Source: Candidatus Iainarchaeum sp.
GTDB lineage: Archaea; Iainarchaeota; Iainarchaeia; Iainarchaeales; DTGL01
Direction of reading: 5' to 3'
Length of the DNA: 32,000 bases
Assembly: GCA_038736825.1 (NCBI GenBank)
Contig: JAVYME010000001.1
Span: 102,708-134,707 of the forward strand
In this document: positions 24,909 through 32,000 of the stretch, piece after piece
How the letters are laid out: each line of letters opens with the position of its first letter
Numbering within the stretch: the stretch's first letter is position 1
Position numbers and translations under genes: made by a program
The notes under the pieces: generated by a model
What the model saw: only the letters and a program-made list of their open reading frames with translations
Database searches by the model: none
Told to the model about the DNA's origin: nothing

Positions 24909-25661
24909 ATGAATGTAAAAAAAATAAGCGAAGAAGGCAACACACTAGTGCTCTTAGTCAGCGGCACACACCCGCAATTCATGAACGCAATAAGAAGAAT
25001 CGTAATGAAATCTGTTCCCACGCTTGCAATAGAAAACGTAACAATATACAAAAACGATTCAGTATTGTTTGATGAATTCCTGGCAAGCAGGCTAGGCGCA
25101 CTCCCAATAAAAATAAAAAAAAGCATGAAAAAAGGCGAAAAAGCCAAGTTTGTGCTAAAAGCAAAAGGCCCAAAAATGGTTTACGCCAGCGACATAGAAT
25201 CAAAAGATGACGATGTTGAAATAGTCAACAAAGAAACCCCATTGGTAAAACTAAAAGAAGGCCAAGAAATAAAAATAGAAATGGAAGCAGTAATGGAATC
25301 AGGAAGAGAGCACGTAAAATGGCAGCCTGCAATAATATACTACAAAGAACTCCCCGAAATAAGCAACAAAAACGCCAAAATAAAAAACGCTCAAAAAATA
25401 GTTGAATCCTGTCCAAAAAAAGTGCTTGAAATAAAAGCCGGAAAAATAGTGATGAAAAACCCTTACGAATGCACTTTATGCGGTTATTGCGAAGACATTA
25501 GCGAAGAACAAATAGAAGTAAAAGCAAACTCAAACTCTTTCGTGCTCACAATAGAAACATTTGGACAGCGTGAAAGCACAAAATTGCTGGAAGAAGCTGC
25601 AGAAATACTCAAACAAAAAACTGAATCACTGGAAGAGGAGGCTGGCAAAAAAATAAAATGA
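24909..25661 (+). CDS. rpoD: DNA-directed RNA polymerase subunit D (Rpo3)
   Basis: LVLLVSGTHPQFMNAIRRIVMKSVPTLAIENVTIYKNDSVLFDEFLASRLGALPI. Also carries a 4-Cys ferredoxin-like motif. Follows S11 as in other archaea. Confidence 0.93.
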   Translation: MNVKKISEEGNTLVLLVSGTHPQFMNAIRRIVMKSVPTLAIENVTIYKNDSVLFDEFLASRLGALPIKIKKSMKKGEKAKFVLKAKGPKMVYASDIESKDDDVEIVNKETPLVKLKEGQEIKIEMEAVMESGREHVKWQPAIIYYKELPEISNKNAKIKNAQKIVESCPKKVLEIKAGKIVMKNPYECTLCGYCEDISEEQIEVKANSNSFVLTIETFGQRESTKLLEEAAEILKQKTESLEEEAGKKIK

Positions 25662-25682
25662 AAAAAAACAGCATTTCTTAAT

Positions 25683-25806
25683 GCAGGAGTACCCAAGCGG
25701 CCAAAGGGGCAGGACTTAAGAAAATGCTCAAAAAAAAACCCGGCATTTAAAGGTTGAGATATCCTGTGGCTTAGTGCCTTCGGGGGTTCGAATCCTCCCT
25801 CCTGCA
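25683..25806 (+). tRNA. tRNA-Leu (anticodon UAA) with a ~40-nt intron at the canonical 37/38 position
   Basis: Acceptor GCAGGAG/CTCCTGC with discriminator A. D loop with GG. Anticodon stem CAGGA/TCCTG with loop CTTAAG[intron]A. Long variable arm TGGCTTAGTGCCTTC. T arm GGGGG-TTCGAAT-CCTCC. No encoded CCA. Confidence 0.9.
25721..25760 (+). other. tRNA-Leu intron
   Basis: This 40-nt segment interrupts the anticodon loop. It has an internal hairpin AAATGC (25723-25728)/GCATTT (25743-25748). Intron TTGAG (25754-25758) can pair with anticodon-loop CTTAA (25715-25719). The boundary is ambiguous by 1 nt (A/A). Confidence 0.75.
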
Positions 25807-25842
25807 ATACAAGAAAAAAAAACTAGAAAAAAAAGTGGTTTT

Positions 25843-26205
25843 ATGAAAGAATTAAAGAAAAAAAAGGCAACAAAAGCCTTGCTGGCAGAACTGAAAAAAG
25901 CCTCAAATGAAAGAAAGGAACAGTTATGGGCAGACCTTGCAAAAAGGCTTTCAAAACCGTCAAGGCAGTTGCACTCAGTGAACATTGAAAAAATTTCAGC
26001 AATTGCTGGAAAAAACAAGGGCAAAACCATAGTGGTTGCAGGCAAAGCCTTGGGCAAGGGCGAAATGCTGGAAAAAGCAGAAGTAAGCGCCTTTGCATTC
26101 AGCAAAGAGGCAAAGGAAAAAATCAATTCCAACGGAAAAGCAATGGATTTATGGGAACTCATGGAATCCAAAAAAAAGGCAAGCGAAATCGTGGTTATAT
26201 GGTGA
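25843..26205 (+). CDS. rpl18e: 50S ribosomal protein L18e (eL18)
   Basis: ATG 25843 chosen because the track's upstream extension overlaps the tRNA. LWADLAKRLSKPSRQLHSVNIEKIS...GKTIVVAGKALGKGE. Confidence 0.92.
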   Translation: MKELKKKKATKALLAELKKASNERKEQLWADLAKRLSKPSRQLHSVNIEKISAIAGKNKGKTIVVAGKALGKGEMLEKAEVSAFAFSKEAKEKINSNGKAMDLWELMESKKKASEIVVIW

Positions 26206-26211
26206 AATGAA

Positions 26212-26631
26212 ATGGCAGTCATAGATGCTTCAAACCTTGTGTTTGGAAGAATTGCAAGCATTGCAGCAGAAAGAGCACTCAAAGGCGAACAAATAGACAT
26301 AGTGAACGCTGAAAAAGCCATTATAATCGGCCACAAAGACTGCATTGTGGAAAAATTCAAAAAAAGGATAAGAATGGGAGCAAAAGGAAATCCCGAAAAA
26401 GGCCCCAAATACCCGAAAACACCGCATGGCTTGCTAAGGCATGCAGTGAAAGGAATGCTGCCAGACAGAAAAGAGAGAGGCGTGAAAGCATTAAAGAGAG
26501 TGCGCGTATATGTTGGAATTCCAAAAAAACTGGAAAAAGAGCCAAGGGAAACAATAAAAATCGCACTATACAATGGAAAAGAGGAAGCTTCAGAGCTTGG
26601 AGAGATAAGCAAAGCACTTGGATGGAAGTGA
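26212..26631 (+). CDS. rpl13: 50S ribosomal protein L13 (uL13)
   Basis: VIDASNLVFGRIASIAAERALKGEQIDIVNAEKAII.G. Confidence 0.94.
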   Translation: MAVIDASNLVFGRIASIAAERALKGEQIDIVNAEKAIIIGHKDCIVEKFKKRIRMGAKGNPEKGPKYPKTPHGLLRHAVKGMLPDRKERGVKALKRVRVYVGIPKKLEKEPRETIKIALYNGKEEASELGEISKALGWK

Positions 26632-26635
26632 TTGT

Positions 26636-27043
26636 TTGACCAAAAAGAAAGGAATTACTGCAAAAGCGAAAAAAAAGGAAGCCAGGGCAAGAGCAGTGAT
26701 AAGAAAGGGCACTGGCAAGATAAAAATCAACAAGTTAAACCTTGAATGCGTGGAACCAAAATATGTAAGGCTTTACATTTCTGAACCGCTTGAACTGGCT
26801 GGCCCGCTTGCAAAAGAAGTGGACATAGATGTTTCCGTTAAAGGCGGCGGCTTCATGGGTCAAGCGGTAAGCGCAAGAGCAGCAATAGCGAAAGCGCTTT
26901 TGCGGATTCACAAGTCAAGCGAACTCAAGCAAAAATTCCTCAAATATGACAGAATGCTTTTGGTTGACGACCCGAGAAGGACAGAACCGAAAAAGCCGCT
27001 GGGCACTGGCGCCAGAGCCAAAAAACAGAAAAGCAAAAGGTGA
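26636..27043 (+). CDS. rps9: 30S ribosomal protein S9 (uS9)
   Basis: KEARARAVIRKGTGKIKINK...KGGGFMGQAVSARAAIAKALL...DDPRRTEPKKPLGTGARAKKQKSKR. The start is uncertain: TTG 26636 follows AGTGA, and TTG 26618 is the alternative. Confidence 0.9.
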   Translation: MTKKKGITAKAKKKEARARAVIRKGTGKIKINKLNLECVEPKYVRLYISEPLELAGPLAKEVDIDVSVKGGGFMGQAVSARAAIAKALLRIHKSSELKQKFLKYDRMLLVDDPRRTEPKKPLGTGARAKKQKSKR

Positions 27044-27048
27044 ATTGA

Positions 27049-27243
27049 ATGATTGTTCCAGTAAGATGCTTTAGTTGTGGAAAAATTGTCGGAGACAAGT
27101 ATGAAGTTCTAGTGAAAGAAGTGCAAAACGGAAAAAAGGCAGAAACAGTTCTTGACGAGCTTGGAATCAAGAGATATTGTTGCAGGAGAATGCTTTTGTC
27201 CCATGTGGACTTGATTGATGAAATAATAAAGTATGGAAAGTGA
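27049..27243 (+). CDS. rpoN: DNA-directed RNA polymerase subunit N (Rpo10)
   Basis: [19 protein letters not shown]...[23 protein letters not shown]. Confidence 0.95.
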   Translation: MIVPVRCFSCGKIVGDKYEVLVKEVQNGKKAETVLDELGIKRYCCRRMLLSHVDLIDEIIKYGK

Positions 27244-27247
27244 TTGC

Positions 27248-27928
27248 ATGGTTGAAAAAACTCTAGTGCCAGCAAAAGAATACCTTCAAACAGGAGCTCA
27301 CATTGGCGCCAAATTCAAAAGCGATGGAATGCGCAAATACATTTTCAAGCACAGAAAGGACAGCCTGAAAGTCCTTGACGTCAGCACAATAGATGAAAGG
27401 CTGAGGATTGCAGCAAAATTCCTTTCCTCTTTTGAACCATCAAAAATCGCAGTAGTATCACAAAAAGAATACGGTCAAATAGCAGTCAAAAAATTTTCAG
27501 AACTGGTGGGTGCAAAAGCCATAACCGGACGGTTTGTGCCTGGAACCTTCACAAACCCTATCTCCAACAATTTCATGGAACCGCAAGTGCTAATAGTGAC
27601 AGACCCAAACAGTGACAGACAGGCAATAAGGGAAGCAAAAAAAATGCGTTTTCCGGTAATAGCCTTTTGCAGTACAGACAATCAGACAAAAAACATAGAT
27701 TTGATTGTGCCAATAAACAACAAGGGAAGAAAAAGCCTAGCACTCGCCTACTGGTTGCTTGCAAGAGAGATTTTGCGAGAAAAGGGCATTGTCAAAAAAG
27801 AAGCGGATTTCAGTGTAAAAATAGACGAATTCGAGTTTTCAATGGATGAAAAAGCACAACAAAAATACCGCCAGCCAGAAGAAGGCAAAGACCGCTTTGA
27901 AAGGCATGGAAAGCATTACAAGGAATAA
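27248..27928 (+). CDS. rps2: 30S ribosomal protein S2 (uS2)
   Basis: YLQTGAHIGAKFKSDGMRKYIFKHRKDSLKVLDV..., LIVTDPNSDRQAIREAKKMRFPVIAFCSTDN. ATG 27248 follows AGTGA. Confidence 0.94.
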   Translation: MVEKTLVPAKEYLQTGAHIGAKFKSDGMRKYIFKHRKDSLKVLDVSTIDERLRIAAKFLSSFEPSKIAVVSQKEYGQIAVKKFSELVGAKAITGRFVPGTFTNPISNNFMEPQVLIVTDPNSDRQAIREAKKMRFPVIAFCSTDNQTKNIDLIVPINNKGRKSLALAYWLLAREILREKGIVKKEADFSVKIDEFEFSMDEKAQQKYRQPEEGKDRFERHGKHYKE

Positions 27929-28001
27929 TTGAAAAGGCTGTCAGGCAGCGTTTGCTGAAAAAAACCCCTGATTAAAAATTTTTTCACTGCATAAATTTTT
28001 T

Positions 28002-28793
28002 ATGAACGCGCGCATGCCGGCGGTTGCAGGACAGTTTTATCCGAAAAGCGAAAGCCAGCTTAAGAAAACCCTGGAAAACCTTTTCTTGAATGCAAAAACC
28101 ACGCCCAGTTCGAGGGCAATAATTGCCCCGCATGCAGGCTACATTTACAGCGGGCGAACTGCAGCACTGGCGCATGCACGGCTTGAAAAGGCTGAAACCT
28201 TTGTATTGCTTGGCCCCAATCACACCGGGCTTGGTCCAAGCATTTCGGTTTCTGAAAGCAGTGAATGGATTACGCCGCTTGGCAGAATAAAAACAGATGC
28301 TGTTATTGCAAAAAAAATAATTGAAAAATCTGCAGCAGAATTTGACTTGCTTGCACACATTGGAGAGCACTCTCTGGAAGTGCAATTGCCTTTTTTGCAG
28401 TATCGTTTTGGCGAATTCAAAATTGTTCCACTGACAATTGCATCTTGCAGTTTGAAAGAATTGCTTGAACTGGGAAATGCGATTGCTGAACTCAAAGGGG
28501 ACATTGCGGTTATTGCCTCAAGCGATTTCTCCCACTTCATTCCACTCAAAAAAGCGAAGGAAAAAGACCTTGAAGCAATAGAATTAGCCTTAAAAGTAAA
28601 TCCCGAGGGATTCCATTCCCTTGTCAGCCAAAAAAACTTGAGCATTTGCGGTCATAATGCAATAACTGTCTTGCTTCAATACTGTAAAAAGAAAGGATTG
28701 AAAAAAGGCGAATTGCTGGAATACTGCACTTCTGCTGACAGGACAGGCGACCAAAGCAGTGTTGTTGGCTATGCAGGCATTGCATTTCATTAA
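28002..28793 (+). CDS. MEMO-family protein (AmmeMemoRadiSam system protein B homolog)
   Basis: PAVAGQFYP..., IIAPHAGYIYSG, LLGPNHTG, EHSLEVQLPFLQY, ASSDFSHF. Confidence 0.88.
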   Translation: MNARMPAVAGQFYPKSESQLKKTLENLFLNAKTTPSSRAIIAPHAGYIYSGRTAALAHARLEKAETFVLLGPNHTGLGPSISVSESSEWITPLGRIKTDAVIAKKIIEKSAAEFDLLAHIGEHSLEVQLPFLQYRFGEFKIVPLTIASCSLKELLELGNAIAELKGDIAVIASSDFSHFIPLKKAKEKDLEAIELALKVNPEGFHSLVSQKNLSICGHNAITVLLQYCKKKGLKKGELLEYCTSADRTGDQSSVVGYAGIAFH

Positions 28794-28958
28794 AAACAAA
28801 AGCAAAGCACTAATGCAAAAAAATTGTTTGAAAAAGCAAAAAAAGGCATATAAAGCCATAAAAACAGCTTAAAAGGCTAAAAAAAGAAAAAAAGCCAAAA
28901 AAAGGGCTGAAAACAGCAAAAAACAAAAAAAAAGGCAAAAAACCCAAAAAACAGTATG
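28794..28958 (+). repeat. Non-coding, strand-asymmetric A-tract array (A4-9 runs separated by short G/C clusters)
   Basis: About 14 A-tracts, such as AAAAAAAGGC, AAAGCC, AAAAGGC, AAAAAAAGCC, AAAAAAAGGGC and AAAAAAAAAGGC. No ORF. Almost no T on the + strand. Confidence 0.6.
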
Positions 28959-28966
28959 TTTAAATA
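28959..28966 (+). promoter_or_regulatory. Candidate TATA box (TTTAAATA) upstream of the TrmB-family gene
   Basis: Third copy of the octamer. A second TATATAAA lies at 28996-29003. Confidence 0.35.
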
Positions 28967-29055
28967 AAATTAACTCGCTAATGTTATATGTAAAGTATAT
29001 AAATGAGAATGTTGTTATAATATTGTTTGTTTTGGCTGGACAGGGATTGGTTTAT

Positions 29056-29796
29056 ATGGATTTTCGCGAAATTCAAGGGCTTCTTGCAAGACTGGGTTTG
29101 ACTGAATACGAGTCAAAAACCCTTACAAGCCTTTTAAGATTGAACGAGGCAAAAGCGCCGGACATAAGCAGGGAAGCACAAGTGCCAAAAACCAGGGTTT
29201 ACGATGTATTGGACAGCCTGGTGGCAAAAGACCTAATAATAGAAATCCAAGGGCGCCCTAAAAGATACCGTGCAAGAGAACCAGACAAGGTTTTCTCAGA
29301 ATTGCTTAACAGCAAAAAGCAGGAAATAAGAGAGCTTGAAAACGAAACAGCCAGCCTTCAAGCAAAAATAGGTTCGGTTTTTTCCGAAGATGAAGTCGGA
29401 GAAAAAGTATTGAAAGTAAAAGAACCACAAGACTTTGTGAGAATCCTGGCACAAGAAATCAGCAAAGCCAAGAGCTCTGTAATAGCATTCACAGAAATCA
29501 CTCCAAAACAGGCAGTGCTAAGGAACGCAATCGCCCAAGCAAAAGCAAACAAAGTAAACGTGAAAATGTTGCACGCCTTGGACGAAACAGACATTAGCAA
29601 AATAAAAGAACTCGGCGTTGAACTAAAAAAATCAAAACACGGCCTTGAAGCATTCATTATAGACGGAAAAAAGCTTGTCATGGCATTAAGCGATTTCAGC
29701 AAGGCACAGCCAGAATACCATTTTGCAATCTGGACAGACGCTCCAATCATAGGACCGCTAAACGACCATTTCTCAAAGCTCTGGAATGCAAAATAA
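29056..29796 (+). CDS. TrmB-family transcriptional regulator
   Basis: Start moved to ATG 29056. LGLTEYESKTLTSLLRLNEAKAPDISREAQVPKTRVYDVLDSLVAKDLI is a TrmB-type winged HTH. A coiled-coil and a C-terminal effector-like domain follow. Confidence 0.85.
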   Translation: MDFREIQGLLARLGLTEYESKTLTSLLRLNEAKAPDISREAQVPKTRVYDVLDSLVAKDLIIEIQGRPKRYRAREPDKVFSELLNSKKQEIRELENETASLQAKIGSVFSEDEVGEKVLKVKEPQDFVRILAQEISKAKSSVIAFTEITPKQAVLRNAIAQAKANKVNVKMLHALDETDISKIKELGVELKKSKHGLEAFIIDGKKLVMALSDFSKAQPEYHFAIWTDAPIIGPLNDHFSKLWNAK

Positions 29797-29857
29797 CCAG
29801 AAAAAACCCCTTTTTAAACTATTTCTGCAATCTTTAGTTTGAAGTAAGGTGTTTTTT

Positions 29858-31513
29858 GTGGGCTTGGAAGAACAAGCATACAAGTATGCAGTGAAAAACG
29901 CGTTTTTGCACGGCGGAAAAGCAGACGCAGGCGCAGTAGCAGGCAAGCTCAAGGCATTGAATCCCGAAAAAGAAATGAAAGAGCTAGCGCTTGCTGCACA
30001 AAAAGCAGTGGCTACAGTCAATGCACTGCCAAAGGCAGAACTTGAATCAGATTACAAAAAATTTGAAGCAGAAGGCTATGAATTGAAACCAAAAGAAAAA
30101 ACCGAAGGGCTGGCAGAACTTGCATGGGCTGAAAAAGGCAAGGTTATAACAAGGTTCGCCCCAAACCCGAACGGCCCAATCCATTTGGGCTCTTCAAGAG
30201 CAGCAATACTAAGCCATGAATACGCAAGAAAATACGAAGGCAAATTCATACTGAGATTTGATGACACTGACCCGAAAGTGAAAAAACCAATGGAGGACGC
30301 AGAAACAGTTTTCAGAGAAGACCTGGAATGGCTGGGCTGCAAAATAGACAAGCTTTTTTTCGCCTCAGACAGACTGCAAATCTATGAAGCATACATGGAA
30401 AAACTCTTGAAAAAAGGCCATGCTTATGTTTGCACTTGCCGCCCAGAAGAATGGCGGGAAAAAATAAAAAACGAAAAAGCCTGCCCTTGCAGGGATTTGC
30501 CGCCAACCGAACAAATGGAAAGATTTGAAAAAATGCGCTCTCACAAGTTCAAGGAAGGACAAGCAGTCTTGCGCATTAAAACCTCGTTATCACACAAGGA
30601 TCCAAGCGTGAGAGACTGGTGGGCTGCAAAAATAGTTGACAGGCCAATTCATCCGAGAGCAAGCGAAACACAACATGTTTGGCCGAGCTACAATTTTGCA
30701 TCCGCAATTGACGACCACGAAATGGGAACAACGCTAATCATAAGGGGGCAAGAGCACGCTCAAAACGAAACAAAACAAATGTTTTTGTACAATTATTTTG
30801 GCTGGGAGTACCCGCACACTTTTTACACTGGCAGGGTAATGCTTGAAGGCGCAGTATTATCCACTTCAAAAATAAAGGAAGGAATAGAAAAAGGCGAATT
30901 TATTGGGTGGAGCGATCCAAGGCTTGGAACAATAGCCTCACTGCGCAGGCGCGGCTTTCACCCAGAAGCAATTCGCAAAATAATAATAAGCATTGGCACA
31001 AAACCAAATGACACCACAATAACCTGGGACCAGCTTGCTGCAGAAAACCGTGAAATCATAAAAGACGAAGCCGAAAAAATAAAGGTATTGGAAAAGCCCT
31101 TCAAACTTGTAGTGGAATACGCTCCAGAAAAGAAAATAAAGTCAGAATTCGGTGACGTGGTATTGCACGAAGGACTCCAAGACTTTTTTGTTGAAAAAAG
31201 CGCAGTGGAAAAAAGCGCGGGCACAACCATAAGGCTTAGAGAAGCATATAATGTTAAAATCAAGAAAGTCAGCGAACTCCAAGCAATAGGCGAATACGCT
31301 GGCGAACAAAAAATTGAACCAATCGTGCCATGGATTTCTGAAGGAATAGAAATCCATGTTATTCTGCCAACAGGCAAAAAAATCACCAAGATAGCGGACA
31401 CCCGCATAATGTCAAAAAACATTGGCGACAGGGTTTACTTGGACAAAATCGGTTATTGCCGCATAGACCGCAAAGAAGAAAAAAAAGTAGTGGCTTGGTT
31501 CACTCACAAGTGA
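29858..31513 (+). CDS. gltX: Glutamyl-tRNA synthetase (archaeal type)
   Basis: ITRFAPNPNGPIHLGSSRAA (HIGH region), FILRFDDTDP, VLSTSK (KMSKS-like). The archaeal N-terminal segment YAVKNAFLHGGKADAGAV is present. GTG 29858 sits 6 nt after AAGGTG. 29849 and 29864 are alternative starts. Confidence 0.9.
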   Translation: MGLEEQAYKYAVKNAFLHGGKADAGAVAGKLKALNPEKEMKELALAAQKAVATVNALPKAELESDYKKFEAEGYELKPKEKTEGLAELAWAEKGKVITRFAPNPNGPIHLGSSRAAILSHEYARKYEGKFILRFDDTDPKVKKPMEDAETVFREDLEWLGCKIDKLFFASDRLQIYEAYMEKLLKKGHAYVCTCRPEEWREKIKNEKACPCRDLPPTEQMERFEKMRSHKFKEGQAVLRIKTSLSHKDPSVRDWWAAKIVDRPIHPRASETQHVWPSYNFASAIDDHEMGTTLIIRGQEHAQNETKQMFLYNYFGWEYPHTFYTGRVMLEGAVLSTSKIKEGIEKGEFIGWSDPRLGTIASLRRRGFHPEAIRKIIISIGTKPNDTTITWDQLAAENREIIKDEAEKIKVLEKPFKLVVEYAPEKKIKSEFGDVVLHEGLQDFFVEKSAVEKSAGTTIRLREAYNVKIKKVSELQAIGEYAGEQKIEPIVPWISEGIEIHVILPTGKKITKIADTRIMSKNIGDRVYLDKIGYCRIDRKEEKKVVAWFTHK

Positions 31514-31698
31514 AACCAGCACTTGCATAAAACAGAAGGAGTGGAAAAAGAAAAAAACAACAGGAATCTTTGCCAGCCCATCTTTCCAAACAAAAACCAA
31601 AAAACCGGTTTTTAACCCAAACAATCACCCTTTTAAAGGGTTTCTTGGCATTTTATATCAGTAAAATCATCGCTTTTTTTCAAGCCGATGACCAAAAC

Positions 31699-31715
31699 AA
31701 AACCCAAAGGGTTTT
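31699..31715 (+). promoter_or_regulatory. AAAACCC-AAA-GGGTTTT hairpin in the L7Ae leader
   Basis: Perfect 7-bp stem with a 3-nt loop, 4 nt upstream of SD GGAGGTG (31720-31726) and 17 nt before ATG 31733. Confidence 0.4.
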
Positions 31716-31732
31716 ATTTGGAGGTGTAATTG

Positions 31733-32000
31733 ATGGACTTCAATGTTCCAGACGGAGTAATGGCTGAGGCCCTCGCAGTCCTTGCAAAAAGCAGGGAAAA
31801 AGGAAAAATAAAAATTGGCGTAAACGAGGTCACCAAAGCAGTTGAAAGAGAAGTTGCAAAACTTGTCCTGATAGCGGAAGACGTGGAACCAAAGGAAATA
31901 GTAATGCACATTCCACTAATCTGTGACGAAAAAAAAATACCCTATTGCCCGGTGAAAACCAAAAAAGAACTGGGAGAAAAAGCAGGCATTGAAGTGGGAA
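31733..32000 (+). CDS. rpl7ae: 50S ribosomal protein L7Ae (eL8), 5' part; continues beyond the window
   Basis: Not in the ORF track (no stop inside the window). Hand translation: MDFNVPDGVMAEALAVLAKSREKGKIKIGVNEVTKAVEREVAKLVLIAEDVEPKEIVMHIPLICDEKKIPYCPVKTKKELGEKAGIEVG. Confidence 0.92.
   Translation, partial: MDFNVPDGVMAEALAVLAKSREKGKIKIGVNEVTKAVEREVAKLVLIAEDVEPKEIVMHIPLICDEKKIPYCPVKTKKELGEKAGIEVG

Noticed and set aside
25728-26612. 294-aa minus-strand ORF, the longest antisense ORF in the window
   Set aside because: It lies entirely antisense to L18e and L13, whose identities are clear. Its Ser/Phe/Leu-rich, low-complexity translation is what the complement of purine-rich Lys/Glu coding DNA produces. 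It has no recognisable motifs, promoter or SD.
28981-29055. N-terminal extension of the TrmB-family ORF (MLYVKYINENVVIILFVLAGQGLVY)
   Set aside because: The segment is AT-rich promoter-like DNA containing TATATAAA. TrmB proteins start right at the HTH, which begins at ATG 29056.
31570-31767. 65-aa + strand ORF in the gltX-L7Ae spacer
   Set aside because: It has a TTG start, no SD and overlaps the L7Ae start in another frame. Its composition is non-protein-like.

Overview
Archaeal chromosome segment, about 40% GC, with lysine-rich proteins. Every credible gene is on the + strand. Small-genome or DPANN-like ancestry is only an inference from the compactness and the apparent gene losses. Bases 8046-27928 form one uninterrupted ribosomal super-operon in the classic archaeal order: L3-L4-L23-L2-S19-L22-S3-L29-SUI1-RNaseP Rpp29-S17-L14-L24-S4e-L5-S14-S8-L6-L32e-L19e-L18-S5-L30-L15-SecY-DUF106-L34e-CMK-like-L14e-S13-S4-S11-RpoD-tRNA-Leu-L18e-L13-S9-RpoN-S2. 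Many gene junctions are ATGA overlaps, and GGTGA-type Shine-Dalgarno boxes sit 5-9 nt before the starts. After the super-operon come a MEMO-family protein, a TrmB-family regulator, GluRS and the 5' part of L7Ae. The only accessory-looking region is 1-7808. There, archease and RtcB (the tRNA-splicing ligase pair) are separated by a separately promoted two-gene surface-protein cassette. RtcB is translationally coupled to a TIGR03663-like GT-C membrane protein, which is followed by a third anchored surface protein. The most unusual items are: (1) a vWA-PKD surface protein whose vWA domain is interrupted by a 130-aa, 22-cysteine module; (2) a neighbouring surface-protein gene split by a frame offset inside one beta-sandwich domain; (3) a 59-nt, 22-bp extended hairpin just upstream of L3; (4) an intron-containing tRNA-Leu(UAA) inside the operon; (5) a CMK-family gene with a destroyed P-loop; (6) long Lys/Glu low-complexity extensions on several ribosomal proteins. 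No CRISPR array, mobile element or rRNA was seen. All family assignments come from reading the translations, not from searches.
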